Shown: piece after piece, positions 16,018 through 23,340 of the stretch
Numbering within the stretch: the first letter of the stretch is position 1
Layout of the letters: each line of letters starts with the position of its first letter
Virus record (IMG/VR): IMGVR_UViG_3300020215_000021
Location: 1 to 44,263 of that record
DNA length: 44,263 nucleotides
Reading direction: 5' to 3' (one strand)
Origin: a virus
The notes under the pieces: generated by a model
Told to the model about the DNA's origin: nothing
Database searches by the model: none
What the model saw: the letters and a program-made list of their open reading frames with translations, nothing else
Translations under genes and position numbers: made by a program

Positions 16018-18019
16018 TCGGCGTCATCCCCTGTAGCGCGGCCATGATCTGGTCCAGCCGGCTCGCCATGCCGGCCATCTGCATGCGCAGCATCTCGGTT
16101 TCGGTGGCGGTCTTCTCGGCCTGCGCCATGTCCTTGGCGGCCTTGGCCTGGCTCTCCCGCGCCTCCAGCCCGCCCATGACCTCCTGGGCCACCTGCTGCG
16201 GGTCGGGCGGCGGGGTCAGTATCTTCTCGGGCTCCTCGATGTTCGCGGCGGCGAACACGCGCTTGAGGATTTCCTCCGCATTCACCCCCGGCATGCCGAT
16301 GAAGCCCTTCAGGAACTCCGCCCGGACGAGCTTCTGCATGTCGCTGACGGAGGTGGGGTCGGACACCGGCACGATGTCCATGCCGCCCAGCGCGTAGTCC
16401 TCGCGCGCCACGGCCTGCGGCGTGTCGAGGACGGTGAAGTACTCCTCCTCCTCCATGTACCGGGCGTTGAGCTGGTACAGCAGCGAGAGTTCCCGCTTCA
16501 GGGCGCGGTGGATGCGCTTGAAGATGGCGGTGAAGGTCTTCATGCCCTGTTCGATCAGGGCCAGGGTCGTGGTCGCCGGCATGGTGGACGACCCGCGGCT
16601 GTCGCCGCTCAGCACGTCCTTGACCGACGCGATCTCCTTGCCGGCCTCGATCAGCAGCCCGAGGAGCTGGAACAGGACCGCGCTCGGCTCGCGGATGGGC
16701 AGCGGCACCAGATTGTCCTTGATGGCCGCCCCGGCCCCGTCCACCGGCTTCCATTCGCCGGGGGAGAACCGCAGCGGCCCGCCCTTCATGCGCAGGCCCT
16801 TGCCGATGAACCCGCCGCCCGTGTTCGCCAGGGTGCCGGCATCCAGCAACTGGTTCAGGACGGTGTTGACCGCCTCGTTGATCGGGTTCAGCAGCATCCC
16901 GAACCCAACGTCGTAGAAGCTGCCGTCCGGCGCCGGGATGAACGGGTACTTGACCCAATACTGGATCGGCACGATGCGGGCGACCTGGCCGCGGGCGTTC
17001 ATCATCACCCCGTCCGCGTCGAAGCGGGCGACGATACGGACGACCTGCTGCGTCTCCTTGTGGACGGTGACGACGTAGGGCTCGGGGTAGCCGTCCCGGT
17101 CCAGGTCCCAGAGCCGGTGCTGTTCCAGGAACTCGTGCGGCGCCTCATCGTCCTCGCTGCCGTTCTCGGCCATGCCCAGAGGCACGTCGCGGAACACGCC
17201 GGTGCGGATGCGCTCGGTGATCTGGTACGGGTAGAGCTTCAGGAGATGGGTGACGCGCGGGGCCGTGTCGATGCTCTTGGCCCAGTAGTTGACCACGCAG
17301 TCCATGGCGGACACGAGGTGCGAGCAGTTCCGCGCGAGCGTGCGGTCGAAGTAGGCCTTGCGGAAGGCGCAGCCGACGATGGGGAGCTGATGCAGGAGCT
17401 TGTCGGTCTCCTCCTCCCACTCCTCCATCTGGTCGGTGAGCTGCCAGGACATGTGCGTGGCGACGCGGTCGGCGCGGGCGCGCTTCAGGCCGGCCCCGAC
17501 CATGGCTGGCTGCCCGGTCTGCGGGTCGACCTGCTCCTGTCCCGCGTCGCTCCCCACCACGACGCCCTTGACCACGTCCCGGCCGGAGACGATGGCGGGG
17601 TAGGCCCGGGCCGCGAACTGGATCGCCGCCACGGTCATCAGCGGGTACTTGACGTTGGCCGCGTTGGGCCACGGGAAGGTCTTGGACTGCTGCACCTGCA
17701 AGGCCAGGTCCATGGCCGCCTTGGTGCGCTTCTTCCACTCCGCCCGGCTCGTCTCGTCGATCTCGTACTCCCGCACCACGCGGGCACCGAGCTTGCTCAG
17801 CTCCGACACGCCGTCCGGCTGCTGCTCGAGCAGCATGGCGACGTTCGGGCTGTCGACGAAGCTCATAAGCATCGCGTGCGAGCCGCGGACCTGCCGCTCG
17901 AACTCCGACACGCCCTGCGCCGCGGGGTCCTCCCCCAGGGCGGGGTCAGTATCCGCCGGCAGCGCTGCGTCCGGTGTCGTCTGAAGTTCCACGGTCCACC
18001 CCGTCCCACAGCTCGTCAT
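15848..18019 (-). CDS. Portal protein
   Basis: 723 aa, directly after the large terminase and before the scaffold. The exact start is uncertain: ATG 18019 or GTG 17992. The last ~57 codons overlap the next gene and have low wobble GC. Confidence 0.8.
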   Translation of the reverse strand: MTSCGTGWTVELQTTPDAALPADTDPALGEDPAAQGVSEFERQVRGSHAMLMSFVDSPNVAMLLEQQPDGVSELSKLGARVVREYEIDETSRAEWKKRTKAAMDLALQVQQSKTFPWPNAANVKYPLMTVAAIQFAARAYPAIVSGRDVVKGVVVGSDAGQEQVDPQTGQPAMVGAGLKRARADRVATHMSWQLTDQMEEWEEETDKLLHQLPIVGCAFRKAYFDRTLARNCSHLVSAMDCVVNYWAKSIDTAPRVTHLLKLYPYQITERIRTGVFRDVPLGMAENGSEDDEAPHEFLEQHRLWDLDRDGYPEPYVVTVHKETQQVVRIVARFDADGVMMNARGQVARIVPIQYWVKYPFIPAPDGSFYDVGFGMLLNPINEAVNTVLNQLLDAGTLANTGGGFIGKGLRMKGGPLRFSPGEWKPVDGAGAAIKDNLVPLPIREPSAVLFQLLGLLIEAGKEIASVKDVLSGDSRGSSTMPATTTLALIEQGMKTFTAIFKRIHRALKRELSLLYQLNARYMEEEEYFTVLDTPQAVAREDYALGGMDIVPVSDPTSVSDMQKLVRAEFLKGFIGMPGVNAEEILKRVFAAANIEEPEKILTPPPDPQQVAQEVMGGLEARESQAKAAKDMAQAEKTATETEMLRMQMAGMASRLDQIMAALQGMTPNGPTGPGTLAGMDAGPGDAGVPPVSEGLPAFSAGGVGEGQPVPGGMGGGPGAMPAP

Positions 18020-18221
18020 CGGCGCGCTCGCGGACAGCCTGGACAGCCATCCGCATGTCGTCTGCCGAGAGGTTCAGCGCCTGCCCCACCTGGTCCTGCG
18101 GATAGCCCCGCCGCAGCATCGCCACGGCCTCCCGCAGCATCCCGCGAGGCCGACCGTCGATCAGCGCCAGCCGGTCAGTAACCGCCTGTGCTGGAGCGCC
18201 CCTGCTCGTGCCAATCGTCAT
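17946..18221 (-). CDS. Hypothetical small protein (91 aa) between terminase and portal
   Basis: ORF track. Wobble GC is about 78%. It overlaps the terL end by 47 nt and the portal start. It could be a shadow ORF. Confidence 0.4.
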   Translation of the reverse strand: MTIGTSRGAPAQAVTDRLALIDGRPRGMLREAVAMLRRGYPQDQVGQALNLSADDMRMAVQAVRERADDELWDGVDRGTSDDTGRSAAGGY

Positions 18222-19623
18222 AGTCGTCTTCGCCCGTTGGCTTCGTGACGGCGAAGCGCAGCATCATCAGCGCGTAGCGCGAGGCGCTCATCAGGTCGTC
18301 GCCTTCCTTGACCACCTTGCCGTCCTTGCGGTGGTACAGGCGGAACTCGTGGAACCAGTCCCCCAGATGGCGGAACACCTTGAACCGGCCCGTTTGCATC
18401 CGGTCGAGCATGTCGAACAGCCCAGCCTCGACGCCGTTGGAACCGTCCGGGAACGTCGCCCGCTCCCACAGCATGGCGAGACCCTGGGCCCGGTACTGCG
18501 CCGCCAGTTGTTCGCCCGATCCCTTGTCGTGCTGCAACCCGTCGTGCGGCCATGCCCAGGGCAGCCAGTTCCCCCAGGACTTCAGGGCGCCCGCATGCTG
18601 AAGCGGCGTCTGCTCTCTCACCCTGTGCGCCTTGGTGACATAGACCGTGTCGGTGTCGCGGTCGTGGACCAGCTCCACCGCAGCGAAGGGATGGTCCCAC
18701 CCGAAGTCCATGCCGCCGATCCGGGGCCAGTGCGACGGGGGCTCGAACGGTTCGACCTGCAACCACTCCTCGGGCACCGGGAAGATGCGGCCCGAGCCCA
18801 GCACGGGAATGCCCTTGGCCCGGGCCTCCCGCTCGTGCGGGGGGTAGCTGGCAATGATGCGGGCCTTCTCCTCCGCAGTGTAGTGCTCGGCATCGTCGAT
18901 GGTCATCTGCACCACGCAACGATCCGGACTGCTCTCCTCCAGGAAGCGGCGGACCACCTCGGACATACCCAGCAGCGGCGTGAAGGTCATATAGACCATG
19001 CCACCCGTGGCGTTCGTGCGGGTCAGCCCCTCCGTGTAGATGTCCTGCGGCGGCTCCTCATCAAACCACACGCAGTCGAGCGTCTCGCCCTGCCACTTCT
19101 CCCGGCCCTTCTCGTAGCTCTTGAAGGCCAGGATGGAGACGCCGCCCGAGGCGTGCTTGACCTGAACCGTGTCCACCGCGTCGGCGATGCCGCGGGCGGC
19201 CGACGTGCCGATGATGTCCGCCTTCGGGATCGAGCCCGTGCCGATCTGTCCGGGCCGGCCCAGAAGGATGCGTTGGGTGGTGTCCCGAACGCTCTCCCCG
19301 GTGACACCGGACGCCCACATGACGATAGGCCTGTCCCAGCGCCGCCCCTTCCACCAGTCAGGATAGCGACCGGTGAGGTGCATCGCCGCTTCGAACCCGC
19401 CGGACCAGGTCTTGCCGAGCTGGTTGCCGGCCATGAACAGGCGCTCGCGGTACGAGACGCCTACGTCGTGGAACTCCCTCTGCTTGGCATAGGGCCGGTA
19501 CGCCCCCAGCCGGTTAGTGTCGCGTCGTGCCTTCTGGTGTTGGAGCGCCTTCAGAAGCTCCGCCTTCAATTGCGAGGTCGAGAGCGGCTGCGAGCTGTCG
19601 GATGCGCCGGTCAAGCTGTTCAT
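18175..19623 (-). CDS. terL: Terminase large subunit
   Basis: 482 aa. Walker A-like MAGNQLGKTW, Walker B-like LDCVWFDEEP, and a C-terminal nuclease-size domain. Confidence 0.9.
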   Translation of the reverse strand: MNSLTGASDSSQPLSTSQLKAELLKALQHQKARRDTNRLGAYRPYAKQREFHDVGVSYRERLFMAGNQLGKTWSGGFEAAMHLTGRYPDWWKGRRWDRPIVMWASGVTGESVRDTTQRILLGRPGQIGTGSIPKADIIGTSAARGIADAVDTVQVKHASGGVSILAFKSYEKGREKWQGETLDCVWFDEEPPQDIYTEGLTRTNATGGMVYMTFTPLLGMSEVVRRFLEESSPDRCVVQMTIDDAEHYTAEEKARIIASYPPHEREARAKGIPVLGSGRIFPVPEEWLQVEPFEPPSHWPRIGGMDFGWDHPFAAVELVHDRDTDTVYVTKAHRVREQTPLQHAGALKSWGNWLPWAWPHDGLQHDKGSGEQLAAQYRAQGLAMLWERATFPDGSNGVEAGLFDMLDRMQTGRFKVFRHLGDWFHEFRLYHRKDGKVVKEGDDLMSASRYALMMLRFAVTKPTGEDDYDDWHEQGRSSTGGY

Positions 19624-19921
19624 CGGTCAGGTCTTCCAGCGGGTCCACCTTGACATTCAGTTCCTTCGGCAGGATCGAGGCGCACACCTTGACGTAGGCT
19701 ACCGGGTCCTCTTTGCGGACCTGTGCAATGGTCGCTACGCCGTGCTCGTCGAAGTCGTCGGCTAGCGCCTGTAGGAACGCCTCCCCAAGACGGCTGCGAG
19801 CGCCCTTGGGCCGACCGGCGGGGTTCCCGGACTGACCCGGTTGAAACGGCCTGCCGCGCTGCTTCTGCGCTGTATCATCAGCGGCCGGGGTCGGAACGGC
19901 CTTGGTGCGCTTCGATGCCAT
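19514..19921 (-). CDS. terS: Terminase small subunit (DUF5681-like)
   Basis: 135 aa. GRPFQPGQSGNPAGRPKGARS is a motif I associate with small terminases of alphaproteobacterial phages. The last 110 nt overlap terL; wobble GC there is about 49%, against 81% in the terL frame. Confidence 0.6.
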   Translation of the reverse strand: MASKRTKAVPTPAADDTAQKQRGRPFQPGQSGNPAGRPKGARSRLGEAFLQALADDFDEHGVATIAQVRKEDPVAYVKVCASILPKELNVKVDPLEDLTDEQLDRRIRQLAAALDLAIEGGASEGAPTPEGTTRH

Positions 19922-19926
19922 GCGCC

Positions 19927-20070
19927 TTACTCGACGATGGGCAGCACGCCCTCATCCTTGCACCGCTCGTAGAGCCACCAGATGGCCAGCCCTTCGGTGA
20001 TGAGGGTGAGGGATATGCCGATCACGATGCCGGCGGAGAGGAGGAGCCAGACCATCAGCTCATAGCCCAT
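19927..20070 (-). CDS. Small single-pass membrane protein (47 aa)
   Basis: Not in the ORF track. An SD (GAGGGA) lies 8 nt upstream of the ATG. Product: MGYELMVWLLLSAGIVIGISLTLITEGLAIWWLYERCKDEGVLPIVE. Confidence 0.5.
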   Translation of the reverse strand: MGYELMVWLLLSAGIVIGISLTLITEGLAIWWLYERCKDEGVLPIVE

Positions 20071-20207
20071 TGCAGGTCCCTCACCAGGGCCTCCAGCCTC
20101 TCCCGGTCGGCTTGATCCGGTCCGGGATAGGGAGGGATGGGCTTGGGCTCGGGAGGTTGGTGGGGACAGTGGGGGTGGGGGCAGCGGATGGGGGTGGTCA
20201 GTGTCAT
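20055..20207 (-). CDS. Possible small ORF (50 aa, Pro/His/Cys-rich)
   Basis: Hand translation: MTLTTPIRCPHPHCPHQPPEPKPIPPYPGPDQADRERLEALVRDLQWAMS. It has an ATGA overlap with the upstream small ORF and overlaps the next start. Confidence 0.3.
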   Translation of the reverse strand: MTLTTPIRCPHPHCPHQPPEPKPIPPYPGPDQADRERLEALVRDLQWAMS

Positions 20208-20305
20208 CGCTGCATCGTCCCGACCACCAGGGCGGCCAGCAGGGCTGTGCCGAGGCGCCGGCGGTTGCGGTGGGCGACGGTGAGGGAGAGGAGGTGCGGG
20301 GTCAT
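20204..20305 (-). CDS. Possible small ORF (33 aa)
   Basis: Hand translation: MTPHLLSLTVAHRNRRRLGTALLAALVVGTMQR. It starts 5 nt after the upstream stop, and its stop overlaps the next ATG. Confidence 0.25.
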   Translation of the reverse strand: MTPHLLSLTVAHRNRRRLGTALLAALVVGTMQR

Positions 20306-20309
20306 GGCT

Positions 20310-20576
20310 CTACCGGCACCACGTTCCGGCGTCAGCGAAGCTCATGATGCGCGGCGGCTGCCCGGGCTTCCGCAGTAGCTGTGCCCAGCACACGCTCAGC
20401 ATCTGCCCGGGATCGCTTGGCGGCATCGACGCCCCCTCGATGACCAGCCCTACGGCGCGGTCGAACTCCCGCCCGGAAACCGCCACCAGCTTGTGTCCCT
20501 CGGGCAGGCCCAGCACCTCCCCCAGCTCCTCCAGGGTGATGGAGACGACACCGACGTTGCGCGTGCCAGCGGTCAT
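20310..20576 (-). CDS. Hypothetical protein (88 aa)
   Basis: ORF track; lies in the operon between the gp49-like gene and terS. Confidence 0.55.
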   Translation of the reverse strand: MTAGTRNVGVVSITLEELGEVLGLPEGHKLVAVSGREFDRAVGLVIEGASMPPSDPGQMLSVCWAQLLRKPGQPPRIMSFADAGTWCR

Positions 20577-20609
20577 GCCCTGCCTCCTGATGGACGAAGC
20601 CGATGGGGG

Positions 20610-20918
20610 TTAGGCCGCCTTGGCGCGGGTCATGCGGGCTTCGGCCAGCAGGAAGCCGAAGAGAGGCCACAGGTGCCGGAAGGCGTTGTCGTAGGCGATC
20701 TTCTGGCCGATCTCGCGGTTGAAGTTCGCCGGGTCCACGCAGGCGCTCTCGCCACGGACGCTGAAGCCGTTGTCCAGGGTGATGGAGCAGATCGTCACCG
20801 TGGTCTGCGGCAGGACCGTGTAGTCCACGTCGGTGATGCGGGACTTGATGTAGTCCGCGGTCACCTTCTCCCCCGGCATGGCGGCGATGGCGGCCTCAAG
20901 CTGGTCGTTGGTCAGCAT
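20610..20918 (-). CDS. N4 gp49 / Sf6 gp66-family phage protein
   Basis: The ATG at 20918 has an SD (AAGGA). TTVTICSITLDNGFSVRGESACVDPANFNREIGQKIAYDNAFRHLWPLFGFLLAE matches my memory of that family. Confidence 0.75.
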   Translation of the reverse strand: MLTNDQLEAAIAAMPGEKVTADYIKSRITDVDYTVLPQTTVTICSITLDNGFSVRGESACVDPANFNREIGQKIAYDNAFRHLWPLFGFLLAEARMTRAKAA

Positions 20919-20975
20919 GGCGATGTCCTTTCGGTGTGGATGACCCGGCTTCGAGCCGTGGTCTGGAACGACGAA

Positions 20976-21005
20976 GCCGCCCACGATCACGGGGACCGGG
21001 GCGGC
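20976..21005 (-). other. Hairpin near the 3' end of the late leader (weak terminator candidate)
   Basis: The minus strand reads GCCGCCC-N16-GGGCGGC, followed by TTCGTCGTT. Confidence 0.3.
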
Positions 21006-21247
21006 GCCAACTGCAGCAAGCTAAGTGTTTGATCTGCTTGTCGATCGACGCCCTACTCCGGAGATTTCCCGGAGTTTACTGCAGGGCTCAAATCGGGACG
21101 TTGCTGGCCGCCGGTACCGGCTGTTCTGGCGCAGGGCCGCCGCAGCGTCGTCTCGGAAATCTGGGCACCCGTGTCCGAAGCTTCGGGGCCGGTGGCGGGT
21201 GAAGACAGCCAGGGGATCAGCCCGGCACTTCGGACCCGCAGCACTAT

Positions 21248-21257
21248 GGCTACCGCA
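21248..21257 (-). promoter_or_regulatory. ops-like element TGCGGTAGCC in the late leader
   Basis: 7 of 8 match to the E. coli ops core GGCGGTAG. It lies about 40 nt downstream of the predicted transcription start. Confidence 0.35.
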
Positions 21258-21300
21258 GGGCGTGGTGACCGCCGGAGCGTCGCCAAACCCTGCTGCCCAT

Positions 21301-21329
21301 TGTATAACACAATCGGTAGTGGGCTTCAA
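21301..21329 (-). promoter_or_regulatory. Candidate late promoter (sigma70-like)
   Basis: The minus strand reads TTGAAG, a 17-nt spacer, then TATACA, with TGT immediately upstream of the -10. It starts 19 nt after the NusG-like stop. Confidence 0.45.
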
Positions 21330-21347
21330 CGGAAAGCATCACCCGAT

Positions 21348-21959
21348 CTAGGCAGCTAGTTCGGGCTCCTCTTCCACGTCGTCCAGCCCCAGGGTTACCT
21401 CCGTCTCCCTCCCGAACAGGGACAAGAGGACGGTGACGCGGGCGTTGTCGCAGCTCTTGAACAGGCCGGGCCAGCGGGCGAACACCCCGTCCCGGATGCG
21501 GAGCTTGGTGCGGCCGGGCTTCCAGGCGGCGCCGACGCGTTCCGGGATCAGGGACAGCGCCCCGCCGTCGCGCTGGCAGCGGTCGTGGATGACCCGGAGG
21601 ATGCCGGGCTGGATCGTGAGGGGGCGGTTGGCCTTGTCCCGCAGGACGAACGACACGCCGGGCGTGTTGCAGATCGGCAGGAACGCCTGGCCCTGGGCGA
21701 TGCCGACGAACAGGTAGCGGGGGAACAGGGGACGGATCACCTCCTCCACCTTGCCGGCGTGCTTGCGACGCAGGAGGCAGAGCGGAACGAACACCCGATA
21801 GCCTTGCTCCTCCAGCCGTGCCGCGGCGTAGGCCTCCCCATTCACCTTGGAGACGACGACGCACCAGTCCCGGCCGGTGAAGTCGTGGCCGGGCTGCATG
21901 GCCGGCGGGCGGCTTGCCGTGATGCGGAGACCGGGGCCGGTGATGGTGCGCTTGCTCAT
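21348..21959 (-). CDS. NusG/RfaH-family transcription antitermination-like protein
   Basis: 203 aa. NGN-like segment: WCVVVSKVNGEAYAAARLEEQGYRVFVPLCLLRRKHAGKVEEVIRPLFPRYLFV. KOW-like segment: KPGRTKLRIRDGVFARWPGLFKSCDNARVTVLLSLFGRETEVTL. Confidence 0.75.
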   Translation of the reverse strand: MSKRTITGPGLRITASRPPAMQPGHDFTGRDWCVVVSKVNGEAYAAARLEEQGYRVFVPLCLLRRKHAGKVEEVIRPLFPRYLFVGIAQGQAFLPICNTPGVSFVLRDKANRPLTIQPGILRVIHDRCQRDGGALSLIPERVGAAWKPGRTKLRIRDGVFARWPGLFKSCDNARVTVLLSLFGRETEVTLGLDDVEEEPELAA

Positions 21960-21971
21960 GCTGCCCTCTCC

Positions 21972-22295
21972 TCAGGTGATCTTGCCGTGGTGGGGGATGG
22001 TGGTGGTGTTGGCGAGAGCCTTCCGCAGCCGCTCAATCTCCTCCGCAGCGGCCAGCAACGTCATGTCGCCGATGGGGATTATCCCGCCGCGGGCAGCCTT
22101 GGCCCGGAGGCGCGCGGCGATGTCTTCACGCGCATTGGCCGGGCAAGCGGGTATCGCGCTGATCTGGTGTGAGACAGGGGAAGCGCGATGCGGGGTCTCT
22201 GAACACAAATGACTGATTTCCTCCGACACGGATTCACCCCCTAAGCCGTTGCCGCGACTGCCAATTCCACTGATTTCCTCTCCGTGGATTCGCAT
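21972..22295 (-). CDS. Hypothetical protein (107 aa) with a repetitive, low-GC3 N-terminus
   Basis: A strong SD (GGAAGGAG) lies 8 nt upstream of the ATG at 22295, which is 3 nt after the upstream stop. In-frame repeats GEEISG / SEEISH / SHQISA occur at 57- and 54-nt spacing. Confidence 0.55.
   Translation of the reverse strand: MRIHGEEISGIGSRGNGLGGESVSEEISHLCSETPHRASPVSHQISAIPACPANAREDIAARLRAKAARGGIIPIGDMTLLAAAEEIERLRKALANTTTIPHHGKIT
22142..22167 (-). repeat. 26-bp perfect repeat, copy A (inverted relative to 40398..40423)
   Basis: The minus strand reads CCAGATCAGCGCGATACCCGCTTGCC, identical to the plus strand at 40398..40423. Confidence 0.95.
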
Positions 22296-22297
22296 GC

Positions 22298-22645
22298 TCA
22301 AGTCTCCTTCCTGAGCTTGCGGAGATGGGCCAGCGCATCGTCGGCATTGTCGAACACCGGACTGCCCTTCTCCTCCCCTGTACCGGGGGCGGGAGGGGCG
22401 GCGGGATAGGACTTGCCGCAGAACACGCACACGCGCAGCCAATCGGCGTGCGTCGCTAAGCGCGGCCCCACCTCGTACCCCGACTTGCGGAGGGCGGAGA
22501 GGGCGGCGCGGGCCATGTCCTGGACCGCGTACATAGGATTGCTGGAGTACGGCTGGCGGGCGCGCGCGGGGAACCGCTGCTCCCCGGCGTCCCATATCGC
22601 CCTCGCCATCACTTCCACGAGCTGTTGGTCTAGATCCTCGGTCAT
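22298..22645 (-). CDS. Hypothetical protein (115 aa)
   Basis: ATG at 22645, after the upstream stop at 22657. The ORF-track extension to 22990 reads as an Arg/Gly/Pro-rich shadow. Confidence 0.6.
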   Translation of the reverse strand: MTEDLDQQLVEVMARAIWDAGEQRFPARARQPYSSNPMYAVQDMARAALSALRKSGYEVGPRLATHADWLRVCVFCGKSYPAAPPAPGTGEEKGSPVFDNADDALAHLRKLRKET

Positions 22646-22656
22646 GGGGTCAGTCC

Positions 22657-23340
22657 TCACGGGATGGGGTCGTGCGGGATCGCCTGGCGCCCGGCCAGCA
22701 GCTCCATCCCGCGGCGGATACGGTCCTTGGCGGAGAGCTCGGGAGCATCGTCGTCCTTGGCCTTCGGGACGATCTTCACCGGCTCGACACTGGCGAGGAT
22801 GGCGCGGGCGCGGGCAAACTCGGCCGCCGCCCTCTCCGGGTCCACGGGCGGCTCTGCCTTGGGCGCTTCCTTGGGCAGTTTGCGCAGCGCCAGGCGGGCC
22901 CGGGTGAGCTCGCGGTTGCGCCGCTCGAACTCCTCCGCCACGGGCTCCCGCACCTCGGCGGGGGTCGGCATCCGCATACCCCATTTCCACGTCGTGCGGG
23001 CGTGGTGCACGGCCTCGACAAGCAGGTCTTCCGGCAGGTTGCGCAGCCCGTCCACGTAGGCGTCGGTCGCCGCCTGTACGTCGGGGACGGGGATGTTGAA
23101 GGCGCGAGAGAAGGCCATGAGCTCGGCCACCAGCACCGCCACGGTTTCAGGCGCCGACGCCCGCACCGATGCCGCCAGGGCGTGACCGGCCTGGACGAGC
23201 TCACCCCGGCTGACGCCGTCCGGCAGCCCCTCCCAGATTTCCCATCCGTCCAGTGACCGAGGCAAGGACGGCGGCGTTGTGCTCGTCGCGAGTGCCGGCA
23301 CGGTTGCCGCTGCCGCGGGGACGCGCTGGATACTGGACAT
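22657..23340 (-). CDS. Hypothetical protein (227 aa), replication-module neighbour
   Basis: ORF track. Wobble GC is about 80% in its first 60 codons, higher than the overlapping tail of the upstream gene. Confidence 0.6.
   Translation of the reverse strand: MSSIQRVPAAAATVPALATSTTPPSLPRSLDGWEIWEGLPDGVSRGELVQAGHALAASVRASAPETVAVLVAELMAFSRAFNIPVPDVQAATDAYVDGLRNLPEDLLVEAVHHARTTWKWGMRMPTPAEVREPVAEEFERRNRELTRARLALRKLPKEAPKAEPPVDPERAAAEFARARAILASVEPVKIVPKAKDDDAPELSAKDRIRRGMELLAGRQAIPHDPIP

Noticed and set aside
16508-18181. 557-aa plus-strand ORF opposite the portal, and 481-aa ORF 18208..19653 opposite terL
   Set aside because: The opposite strand carries clear terminase motifs and a portal-sized gene. 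These ORFs are shadows of GC-rich wobble positions.
21021-21359. Several 60-110-aa ORFs on both strands inside the late leader (for example 21025..21351 and 21021..21329)
   Set aside because: They have no SD and low wobble GC, and they overlap one another in a region that behaves as a non-coding leader. They are treated as non-coding.
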